Shown here: in pieces, positions 29,083-37,441 of the stretch | Numbering within the stretch: position 1 is the first letter of the stretch | Layout of the letters: each line of letters begins with the position of its first letter | NCBI GenBank assembly: GCA_963768055.1 | Contig: CAVYGN010000002.1 | Coordinates: 1,376,001-1,440,000 of the forward strand | Direction of reading: 5' to 3' | Length of the DNA: 64,000 nt | DNA from: an uncultured Spirochaetota bacterium | GTDB taxonomy: Bacteria > Spirochaetota > Brevinematia > Brevinematales > JAOACQ01 | The notes under the pieces: model-generated | Told to the model about the DNA's origin: nothing | The model's database searches: none | What the model saw: only the letters and a program-made list of their open reading frames with translations | Program-made: the position numbers and the translations under genes

Positions 29083-29111
29083 ACTATACCAAAGTTTTTC
29101 GCAATTGTCAA
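29083..29111 (-). promoter_or_regulatory. sigma70 promoter of the major OMP gene
   Basis: TTGACA-17 bp-TATAGT with TGn extension. Confidence 0.7.
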
Positions 29112-29183
29112 GAGAAAATCTTTTATTTAAAAAATAAATTTCCTCAATGAAATACAATGCTTTGTGAGGATATTATCAGCAAA

Positions 29184-29723
29184 TTAAAAAGAAAACCCGG
29201 CATTAGCGCCGATAAAAAAAGCCCAGGTTGCATAAAAGCCGTTAGTAATGTCTATCTTGGGCAAAAGTACAAGTTTAGCCGCCGGCTCGAGATAAAATCC
29301 GGATGCATCGTCCAGGATATATTTATATCCCATCTCTATAGGGAGAATGAAATGTATATATGGTACGTTCGTATCCACGTTCAACAAATCCTCCCGTATT
29401 CCCAGGCCAAGGCCTGCCCATGGCCCTGCCAGAGCGTCATATGTGAGATAATACCTGAAACCGCCGTAAATGTAATAAAGCTGGCTGTTGGTAATACCTG
29501 TATATATATTCTGGTAGCCCCCGTCTACGAAAAAGGACAAATTTCCCAGAAAGCAGATCTCGCCAACCAGGCCCGCTCCATAACCGCTGTTAAAGGCCGA
29601 CATCAGCGTATATCCGGTATCTATACCTATCGCGTAATTCTTGAAATTGCCCTCGTAAGAGACGCTGGAAGCGGTCATAACTATGAACAAGGCCGATAAG
29701 CCTGCGAGATATATCTTTTTCAT
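29184..29723 (-). CDS. Small outer-membrane beta-barrel protein
   Basis: Signal peptide, GFRYY and GYKY strands, C-terminal GANAGFSF. Confidence 0.65.
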   Translation of the reverse strand: MKKIYLAGLSALFIVMTASSVSYEGNFKNYAIGIDTGYTLMSAFNSGYGAGLVGEICFLGNLSFFVDGGYQNIYTGITNSQLYYIYGGFRYYLTYDALAGPWAGLGLGIREDLLNVDTNVPYIHFILPIEMGYKYILDDASGFYLEPAAKLVLLPKIDITNGFYATWAFFIGANAGFSF

Positions 29724-29749
29724 GGCAATCCTCCGTTTTTATTGCATTA

Positions 29750-31531
29750 TTATTGTTTTATTCCGTTCTTTACGGAATCAGCCTCCCAGGGATAAGACAG
29801 CGCAAATTCACCGTATATTTCGGGGTTTTTATCGGATAGAAAATAAGACGTTTCATAAAAATAGACTGTCAGCTGTTTATCGGAACCTGTTTTCCTGTAA
29901 AGCCGGGCAAGGTAGAGGTAAGGCCAGTACGACCCGGGATAAAGTGTCAGGCATGCCATCATATAGTCATGCATTTTCTTGAGAGCATCGTTTCCGCTGC
30001 TGAAGTATTTCAGGATAGTTTCTTCAAAATTCAAAGGGCCTGAGTCGCCTGCGCCGGCCGGAAGACTTGCAATAAGCCTGGCCAGGGCCGGGTCTTCTTT
30101 TATTATAGAGTTATTGGACAGAGCCGACATATCGAATTTATAGGGGATCAGCATTCCACGGTAGGGATAATCTGCCGTAAGTGCATTGACCCGGTGCAGG
30201 GCGAGAATTTCGTTGACGGGAGAAAAATACATGCTCCGTAGAAGGCCTGCTTCGTTCGTAAAGATATTAGACATGCGGGAAATCATAGCGGGTCCGAGCT
30301 GAAATATCTGAGCTATTTTATCGGCCAGGATTTGAGCCACGGCTAATTGCCCCTTCATATTGAAATGAACATGTTCGGCGAAAATGGCGTTCCCGAAGGC
30401 CCTTTCGCCGTAACGGTTGGTCAGTTCGTCAAATAAAGGAATATAATAAAGATTGGGATAGATTTTTGAGTTTTTGATGATGTAATCCCTTAAACTATTA
30501 ATAAGGGTGCTCCTGGCCCGGAACGGGACCGTATCGAGGTCTTTTGCCGTAATAAGGCCGGGAATGACCGAGTTCGTCCAGAGGACCGACCTGTACAGGC
30601 TGTCAAGGTAAGATATGTTGGCGTTGCAGTCATATTCGCCGTGTTTTATCCTCTCGTTGTATATTGAAGCCATAAGTTTTTTATCTTTAGTCAGATATGT
30701 TTTGTAATACTCCGCGATAAAATTTGAATAAATATCATCCTTCTCACCGGCGAAGGGCGGCAGGTCGTAAAGATTGCAGACCGGTTCCATAATTATAACG
30801 GGTATATTTTTGTCCTTATAGATCCTCACGACCTCGTCGATGTTCTCAATAAAATCATTCGCGACCCTGCCGTCCGCAGCATCGTTTTTCAGGAAGTGCC
30901 TGCTTTTAGAAAGTGTTTCCATGAGGGTCCTTCTGCCCTTGTCGGCCTGCACCGGCAGAATTGAAAATATGAGCTGGAAGATTTTGAACTCTTTAAGCCC
31001 CAGAAACATTTTTTTTAAAAAACGTCCGCCTCCCGTCGATGAACTTACCGTCCCGAAATATTCGTTATGGCCTGCGTATATTATAATGAAGTCGGGGTCG
31101 TAGGCGAGTGCTTTTCTTGCCGCGTCGCTTACATAGTAACTGGACATGGCTGTGTAGCTGAGGTTGACGATCTCAAAAGCCTGCCTGTTCTCGCTCCAGT
31201 TCAGGGCGTTTTCGGCAATCTTCCCGAAGGCGTTATTCGATTCGAAGGGGTAACCCTGCGGGGTGGATTCGCCGATAAGAAAGCCCCTGCCATGACTCTT
31301 ATTCGAGTCGAACATGTTCTTTCTGCGAAGGGAGCTGTAACTTCTTGTTTCAGTAGTGTATTTATTAAGGAAATCATAATTGTCCACATATACCGACTGG
31401 TAGAAAGCGGGCTTTACAAAGGGCCTCGTGTCGTAACCGTAATGGAAAAGCCTGAGAACAAGTTCAAAACAAACGAGAACGGCAAGTATCATAGCTATAT
31501 ACGTTATAAGAAACAGGCTTTTTTTACCCAT
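29750..31531 (-). CDS. Membrane-anchored SGNH/GDSL-fold protein with TPR-like C-terminus, paralogue 2
   Basis: FELVLRL anchor, IGEST, GHNE, EHVH; colinear similarity to 24527-26176. Confidence 0.75.
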   Translation of the reverse strand: MGKKSLFLITYIAMILAVLVCFELVLRLFHYGYDTRPFVKPAFYQSVYVDNYDFLNKYTTETRSYSSLRRKNMFDSNKSHGRGFLIGESTPQGYPFESNNAFGKIAENALNWSENRQAFEIVNLSYTAMSSYYVSDAARKALAYDPDFIIIYAGHNEYFGTVSSSTGGGRFLKKMFLGLKEFKIFQLIFSILPVQADKGRRTLMETLSKSRHFLKNDAADGRVANDFIENIDEVVRIYKDKNIPVIIMEPVCNLYDLPPFAGEKDDIYSNFIAEYYKTYLTKDKKLMASIYNERIKHGEYDCNANISYLDSLYRSVLWTNSVIPGLITAKDLDTVPFRARSTLINSLRDYIIKNSKIYPNLYYIPLFDELTNRYGERAFGNAIFAEHVHFNMKGQLAVAQILADKIAQIFQLGPAMISRMSNIFTNEAGLLRSMYFSPVNEILALHRVNALTADYPYRGMLIPYKFDMSALSNNSIIKEDPALARLIASLPAGAGDSGPLNFEETILKYFSSGNDALKKMHDYMMACLTLYPGSYWPYLYLARLYRKTGSDKQLTVYFYETSYFLSDKNPEIYGEFALSYPWEADSVKNGIKQ

Positions 31532-31754
31532 CAAGTTTCTCCTTACATATGAAAAGGAATGCGAACTTTCATTATATTGATTTCATCACATTGTGTCAAA
31601 TAAGAGTCAATTAAATGATTTTGCAATGACAAATTTCGAATGATGAAGGGGAATTTAATAATTCATACTATTAATATGAGTGAAATAATACTAAAAGTCT
31701 ATATAATTTTTTATATTTATTTTTATAATAAAAAAAGATTGTTGTATAATATTA

Positions 31755-31800
31755 GGGCGCTTCTAAAAACCGCCTTTATCAAGGCGGATAGGTAGCGCCC
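31755..31800 (+). repeat. Structured repeat family B, copy 3
   Basis: GGGCGCTTCTAAAAACC-GCCTTTATCAAGGC-GGATAGGTAGCGCCC. Confidence 0.75.
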
Positions 31801-31892
31801 ATAGGGCAAATTTTAAGAATTATTATGTCGATCATTAACAACGATATTAGTTATTGGATTGCCCATTAATAAATTTTTTATAGGAGGAACTA

Positions 31893-32489
31893 ATGGAGAA
31901 AGTTATGAAGTTAGGGACTGCGGTTCTCTGCTTCGCAGTGATGCTGGCTTTCGTGTCATGCGGAGGCGCGAAAGGGGCCGCTGAAAAGCTGGGCGACGAA
32001 ATAGTCAAGACCGGCATGTTTCCGGACGGCAGCGTCACTAACTACGGCATCTACAATGCCTTTTCTCAGCAGGTAAAGGACGATCTTACCGGGAAATGGG
32101 GCCTTCTGCAGGCATTACCCGGCAAGGGGCATTTTGAAGTTACGGGAGGCGTATGCAAGGTTATTATCGATTCTCCCGGCAGCGCTACCTATATGGTTCA
32201 GCTCTGTTATTTTCCCTGCCCCATCAAATTCGGAAAACCTTTTAAAGTCTCTTTCGACGCCAAGGCCGACTCTCCCAGAAAGATAGAAATGAAGGTCGGC
32301 AGGATTGCAGGCGACTGGCTCGCATATTCCGGAAATAAAACTTATGATTTGACCACGGACTGGCAGACTTTTTCTTTCGTGTTCAAATCCCTTGGGACAG
32401 ACGATTCAGCCAGATTTGAATTCGAATGCGCAAATGATAAGCCTTCCATGTATTTCCGCAATGTCAGCATGAAACCTGTATTGGAATAA
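31893..32489 (+). CDS. Lipoprotein with carbohydrate-binding module (CBM4/9-like)
   Basis: FVSC lipobox; VQL...G..FKVSFDAKA..PR.I...LTTDWQTFSF..ARFEF...YFRNVS. Confidence 0.75.
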   Translation: MEKVMKLGTAVLCFAVMLAFVSCGGAKGAAEKLGDEIVKTGMFPDGSVTNYGIYNAFSQQVKDDLTGKWGLLQALPGKGHFEVTGGVCKVIIDSPGSATYMVQLCYFPCPIKFGKPFKVSFDAKADSPRKIEMKVGRIAGDWLAYSGNKTYDLTTDWQTFSFVFKSLGTDDSARFEFECANDKPSMYFRNVSMKPVLE

Positions 32490-32537
32490 CGGGAGTAGTC
32501 TAGGGGGAATTAATTATCTACAGATAGATTTAAAAAG

Positions 32538-32567
32538 CGGAAACCTTAACCGGTTTCCGTTTTTTTT
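32538..32567 (+). terminator. Intrinsic terminator
   Basis: CGGAAACC-loop-GGTTTCCG followed by T8. Confidence 0.85.
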
Positions 32568-32701
32568 CAATTGATGGGAGCTTCCCTTCGGGAAATAGTA
32601 ATTTGAATTATCAGGATTGCCCTTGATACTTTGATTTTTTTTTTGTGTTCAGGCATACTTTTTCAAAGTTAAAAAGTTTTTATTCAAAAAAGAGGCCTGA
32701 A

Positions 32702-33361
32702 ATGATATCTAACAGCAATCCCGCCGGGTCCACGGCCGAGCTAAGGCTCGAAAATATTCCCGCCATCATTTTCGAAACCGATTTGAACCTCAATATTTTA
32801 TATATCAATTCAACTGGCAGGGCGGTACTTAGACTTTCGGAATTGCCGAATAAAGGCGGCTGTTCCCTGCTTGAATTCGTGCACCGCGACGACAGGCCGG
32901 TCTTAAGGGATTATTGCTCGAGGCTGGCCGGCGGCGGGCCGGGAAATATCATTGTTTTCAGAATATCAGGGGGGGACAAAACTCTCACGGCTATCCTTTG
33001 CAAAGCGGCCCTCACTTCCGGAAGCACTGTAATAAGAAGCATACTATGGAACGCAATGGACCTGAGAGAGATTGCCGATTTTATCACGATCCCGGCAGAA
33101 AGTTTTTTCATAGTTTACAAGCTGAGCCCCCGGGAAAGGGAGGTCTTAAAATTAATGCTGACGGGATATAAAACAAGAGAAATTGCACGAACTCTATTCA
33201 TAACCGAAAGCACGGTTAAAAATCATATAAGCGCAATTTATTCGGCTGTAGGCGTTAAAAACAAGGATGGTTTGTTCAACGTCCTGAAAGACTACCAGGC
33301 CTCAAAATTCGGCCGGGAATCTTTCGTGTTTTCCGCTTTATCGAGCCTTCTCAAAGATTAG
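32702..33361 (+). CDS. PAS domain + LuxR-type HTH transcriptional regulator
   Basis: IIFETD..ILYIN, FVHRDD (PAS); LSPREREVL...EIARTLFITESTVKNHISAIY (LuxR HTH). Confidence 0.85.
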   Translation: MISNSNPAGSTAELRLENIPAIIFETDLNLNILYINSTGRAVLRLSELPNKGGCSLLEFVHRDDRPVLRDYCSRLAGGGPGNIIVFRISGGDKTLTAILCKAALTSGSTVIRSILWNAMDLREIADFITIPAESFFIVYKLSPREREVLKLMLTGYKTREIARTLFITESTVKNHISAIYSAVGVKNKDGLFNVLKDYQASKFGRESFVFSALSSLLKD

Positions 33362-33437
33362 AGGGCTGTCTGCTCAAGAATAGCACCTTTTGCCTTATGG
33401 TGCGTTTGCGCCCGTAGGGCCCGCAGGGAGAAGCGCA

Positions 33438-33830
33438 CTAATACAATTTTACGATCCTTGAAGTGCTGTTATCCTTTTCGCCTACCTCTGCCCATCCGGG
33501 AAATAATGAGTTTTCCCTTATTTTGTCATGTGAAGTGAGCCTTAAAATTACAGCTATCGGGGTGAAGAAGAGGAAATACACGATTGTAAAAATTGAATTA
33601 GTAATTATTATTCCTATTATTCTGCCAGCGGTTTTCAGGACTATGAAAGATGGTACGGTGCCCCTGTAAAAAAAAATCCCGCAAAATAAATGATACAAAG
33701 ATAAAATGAGGGCCGAAAGTGTCAAAATAAGCGGGAAACCTTTCAAAATCGAAATTGCACAAAAAATTGCCATCCCGGCGGAAAACGAATAAGCGAAATT
33801 TCTTAATCCTTTAAAAGGGTTTTTTTCCAT
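33438..33830 (-). CDS. SxtJ-family membrane protein
   Basis: LRNF start, TM segments, IVYFLFFTPIAVILRL..HD motif; overlaps the carbamoyltransferase stop. Confidence 0.75.
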   Translation of the reverse strand: MEKNPFKGLRNFAYSFSAGMAIFCAISILKGFPLILTLSALILSLYHLFCGIFFYRGTVPSFIVLKTAGRIIGIIITNSIFTIVYFLFFTPIAVILRLTSHDKIRENSLFPGWAEVGEKDNSTSRIVKLY

Positions 33831-35623
33831 TTACGGTACTCCTTATTCAAAGGCTGGTCTTTCTTATATAATAAATAATGGCCGATCGCCAGGATATCGA
33901 TGTTTGTGCCCATGAAGCAGCGGTAGGCGTCTGAAGGGCAGGCTACGATAGGTTCACCCCGCACATTGAAACTGGTATTGATCATGAGGGGGCAGCCGCT
34001 GATTCTTTCGAATTCTTTCAAAAGACTGTAAAATAAATTGTTTGTATCTTTTGAGACAGTCTGCAGCCTTGCTGTGTTATCAAGGTGGGTCACAGCGGGA
34101 ATAACCGAACGTTTCACCTTCAAAAGTTCCAGGCCCTTTTTGCCGGACGTATCCGCGTTTAAAAGCCTGTCCTTCCTGACCCTTGCAGTGAAGAGCATAT
34201 AGGGAGAGGCCTTTTTACATTCGAAATAGTCCCGGGATTTTTCCTCGAGGACCGATGGAGCAAAAGGCCTGAAAGACTCGCGGAATTTAATTTTTAAATT
34301 CATTGTGCTCTGCATATCTTCAGAACGCGCGTCACCAAGAATAGAACGGTTCCCGAGGGCCCTCGGCCCGAATTCCATCCTTCCCTGGAACCAGCCTATA
34401 ACCCTGAGCGATTTTATTTCATCAGCTACTGTTCTTATCAATTCGCTGTCCGTCACCTTTTTATAAACGGCCCCGTAACCTTTAAGGACTTCCTCAATGG
34501 CGACATCGGAATATGATGGCCCCAGGCAGGACCCTTTCTGAAGATCGTTTTTTTCATCCGCGTTTCTTTTATTGCCCAGGTAACAGTAATGAACGTAAAG
34601 AGCGGCGCCTAAAGCGCCCCCCGCATCCCCGGCGGCGGGCTGTACCCATATGTCGTCAAAGAGCCCCTCTTCCATTATATATGAGTTCGCGACACAATTC
34701 AAACCGACCCCCCCGGCGATGCAGAGTTTGTTCATCCCGGTGATTTTCTTCGCATATGCGGCAATGCTGACAAGAGTTTCGTTGAAGTATTCCTGTATCG
34801 ACGCCGCAACGTCCATATAGAACTGGTCGGGCGCGACATCGGGGGAAAGGGCTTTTCTTCCAAAAAGCTTTTCGAATTTTGTACTGACCATACGGAGTCC
34901 CGAAATATAGTCGAAGTATTTTTCATTCAATAGAAAAGAACCCTCGCCGGAGGTCCTGACCAGTTCTTTTTTTATCAAATCAAGATACACAGGCTTGCCG
35001 TACGGGGCCAGTCCCATTAATTTATATTCCCCTGAATTGACCCTGAAGCCGCAGTAATATGTGAAAGCCGAATAGAGCAGCCCCAGTGAATTGGGGAATT
35101 CAATTTTTTTCAGGAGTTTAATTGAATTACCCTCACCGACTCCGATTGCCGTAGTCGTCCATTCCCCGGCTCCGTCCAGGGTGATTATGGCGGCTTTATG
35201 ATACGGCGATGGAAGGAAAGCGCTGGCGGCATGGGATTGATGGTGTTCTGTAAATAATATATCCCTCTTATACCCCAATTCTTTTTTTATTACATCTTCA
35301 ACCCAGAGCTTCGATTTGAGCCACATAGGAACGGCCTGAAGAAAAGACATCAGTCCTTTTGGAGCCCGGTGTATATACCCTGCCAGGATCCTGTCGAACT
35401 TCAAAACAGGCTTGTCGTAAAAAACCACATGGTCTAGTTCGGAGGCTTTTAGGCCCCCTTCCGAAAGGCAGTAATCGACCGCTCCGGAGGGGAATGACGA
35501 ATCGCCCTTCCTGCGGGAAAAGCGCTCTTCCTGTGCGGCGGCTATTATTTCTCCGTCTTGCACTAGACTAGCCGCTGAATCATGGTAAAAAGCCGAAATG
35601 CCCAGGACTTTAACGCTAGCCAT
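33803..35623 (-). CDS. O-carbamoyltransferase (NodU/CmcH/SxtI family)
   Basis: YHDSAA, EERFSR, EHHQSHAASAF, DGAGE, EYKLMGLAPYG, AGGVGLNC, GPRALGNRS, KFRESFRPFAP, NTSFN. Confidence 0.95.
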   Translation of the reverse strand: MASVKVLGISAFYHDSAASLVQDGEIIAAAQEERFSRRKGDSSFPSGAVDYCLSEGGLKASELDHVVFYDKPVLKFDRILAGYIHRAPKGLMSFLQAVPMWLKSKLWVEDVIKKELGYKRDILFTEHHQSHAASAFLPSPYHKAAIITLDGAGEWTTTAIGVGEGNSIKLLKKIEFPNSLGLLYSAFTYYCGFRVNSGEYKLMGLAPYGKPVYLDLIKKELVRTSGEGSFLLNEKYFDYISGLRMVSTKFEKLFGRKALSPDVAPDQFYMDVAASIQEYFNETLVSIAAYAKKITGMNKLCIAGGVGLNCVANSYIMEEGLFDDIWVQPAAGDAGGALGAALYVHYCYLGNKRNADEKNDLQKGSCLGPSYSDVAIEEVLKGYGAVYKKVTDSELIRTVADEIKSLRVIGWFQGRMEFGPRALGNRSILGDARSEDMQSTMNLKIKFRESFRPFAPSVLEEKSRDYFECKKASPYMLFTARVRKDRLLNADTSGKKGLELLKVKRSVIPAVTHLDNTARLQTVSKDTNNLFYSLLKEFERISGCPLMINTSFNVRGEPIVACPSDAYRCFMGTNIDILAIGHYLLYKKDQPLNKEYRKWKKTLLKD

Positions 35624-35629
35624 TGCGTA

Positions 35630-35788
35630 TCAAAAAAGGGAATAAATAAAAGGCGCCAGGGCTTGCGACTGGGAAATAAGCACGGCTACGCCGACAAGAA
35701 AAAGTATTATCAGCAGGGGTATCAGCCAAAGTTTTTTATTTTCCCGGATATATTGAAAAAATTCTTTTACAAGGCGTGTTTTTGACAT
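35630..35788 (-). CDS. 52-aa single-TM peptide, DUF5989/SxtK-like (MSKTRLVKEFFQYIRENKKLWLIPLLIILFLVGVAVLISQSQALAPFIYSLF)
   Basis: Read directly from the minus strand; GGAGGT RBS; KK.WL.P-TM-APFIY.LF; 6 nt before the carbamoyltransferase ATG; absent from the ORF track. Confidence 0.85.
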   Translation of the reverse strand: MSKTRLVKEFFQYIRENKKLWLIPLLIILFLVGVAVLISQSQALAPFIYSLF

Positions 35789-35956
35789 CCCGATTACCTC
35801 CCGTATTCGTTTCCTGCTGGAAATTTAAAGATAGATTTTAGAGGGAGGGCGGATATATTTCAAATTATTGAAAACTCGATGTAAATTTCAAATAACTCAC
35901 TCATCTTGACTTTTTCCATAATTCAAGTAAACTTAATTTAATATTGGAGGGTAATA

Positions 35957-37405
35957 ATGTTTAAAAAACAATTATTTCTTATAATACCGTTATTCATAGG
36001 CGTTTTATTGCCGCTGACGTCATGCCAGTCATTAATACCCCCCAATATCCATCCGGGGTCTTCTTCTTCAAGCCAATCCAGTTCTTCAAGTTCATCGTCT
36101 TCATTCATTGTTACTTTTGACAGCCAGGGGGCAACTGTAGCGGCGAATCCGTCCAGCATAGTCGTAACAACCCCGGCAACGACGGTCGGCGCTCTTCCGA
36201 TTGCGCCGTTTAAAAAAGGCTATACCTTTGCCGGCTGGTATACGGTGCCCGGGGGCGGAGGAACGCAATTTACATCCAGTACAATTGTTAAAGCGGATAT
36301 TACCCTTTTCGCTTATTGGAGCCCTAATCCGGTTTATACGGTGACATATGACAGCCAGGGCGGGTCGGCCGTCGGATCGCAATTTGTGACCCAGCCCGCG
36401 ACAACTGTCGTTGCATTGCCGACAGCGCCGACTTTAACAGCATTTTTCTTCAATGGCTGGTTTACCCTGCCGAACGGAGGCGGGAAGGCATTTACGTCAA
36501 CTACAGTTGTTACGGCGAATATAACGGTTTATGCATACTGGAAAGCTTCGGGATCTGTCTGGAGGCCGGGATTCCTCCCGAATGCCACAGGCTGGACTTC
36601 GGTAACCTACGGGAACCCCTTAGGAGTCCCCACATTTGTCGCGGTCGGGTTGAACGAAGCTGCGACATCGCCCGACGGGATTACCTGGACGAGCCAACCC
36701 ATTCCCGCCGGCAGCTGGACTTCGGTAACTTACGGGAACAACCAATTTGTCGCTGTCGGAGCCAACCAGGCGGCGACATCTCCCGACGGTATAAACTGGA
36801 CGGCACAATTTGGCATTCCTGTTCAGGCTTGGTCGTCGGTAGCTTTCGGAAACAATATTTATTTCGCCGTTTCCAGCGCCAATGTTACAACCGGGGTTTC
36901 ATCTCCTGACGGGATAATCTGGACGTCAAGAAGTCTCGGCGGGCCTCTTGATAACTGGTTTGTAGTAGCGTACGGCGTCCCGGGTTTTATCGCAATCGGC
37001 GGGATTCCCGGGAATTCCAGTTCACTCGATGGAATAGGCTGGACCGGTATAAACACCCTGGCAGCCGCGGGGACGGGGTGGACTTCGGCAGCTTATGGGA
37101 ACGGAATTTTTATCGCTGTTGCCGGAAACACAAGTATATCGGCGATATCGCCCGACGGGGGGACCACTTGGTCGTATGCCAACTCCATTCCTTTAGGCAA
37201 CTGGACTTCTGTAACATTCGGCAACGGCGTTTTTGTCGCTGTCGCGACCGGCGGCACTCTTGCGGCGACATCACCAAACGGGACGGTATGGACGCCGCAA
37301 ACCCTTCCGTTTAATACTAGCTGGGTTTCTGTCACCTGGGGCAACGGTATATTCGCAGCGATTGCCAACAATTTACCAGCTCAAAATGCGGCAGCCTCGT
37401 ATTGA
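35957..37405 (+). CDS. Surface lipoprotein with two InlB B-repeat (Listeria-Bacteroides repeat) domains and a WxxVxYGN beta-propeller
   Basis: LTSC lipobox, poly-Ser linker, two VT(F/Y)DSQG...F.GW.T...GG..F...IT..AYW units, repeated WTSVTYGN..FVAV..SPDG..W. Confidence 0.8.
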   Translation: MFKKQLFLIIPLFIGVLLPLTSCQSLIPPNIHPGSSSSSQSSSSSSSSSFIVTFDSQGATVAANPSSIVVTTPATTVGALPIAPFKKGYTFAGWYTVPGGGGTQFTSSTIVKADITLFAYWSPNPVYTVTYDSQGGSAVGSQFVTQPATTVVALPTAPTLTAFFFNGWFTLPNGGGKAFTSTTVVTANITVYAYWKASGSVWRPGFLPNATGWTSVTYGNPLGVPTFVAVGLNEAATSPDGITWTSQPIPAGSWTSVTYGNNQFVAVGANQAATSPDGINWTAQFGIPVQAWSSVAFGNNIYFAVSSANVTTGVSSPDGIIWTSRSLGGPLDNWFVVAYGVPGFIAIGGIPGNSSSLDGIGWTGINTLAAAGTGWTSAAYGNGIFIAVAGNTSISAISPDGGTTWSYANSIPLGNWTSVTFGNGVFVAVATGGTLAATSPNGTVWTPQTLPFNTSWVSVTWGNGIFAAIANNLPAQNAAASY

Positions 37406-37441
37406 TACGCCGCCTGATCATGTTAAAAAAATGAGGTTTAC

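Noticed and set aside
29157..29699. 180-aa plus-strand ORF and other long antisense ORFs (e.g. 2065-2778, 11424-12083, 45147-45920)
   Set aside because: Shadow frames opposite well-supported genes, with no recognisable motifs.
33438..35788. Saxitoxin or other secondary-metabolite cluster (sxtI/J/K homologues)
   Set aside because: No sxtA/sxtG, PKS, NRPS or tailoring genes nearby; the trio occurs outside toxin clusters.
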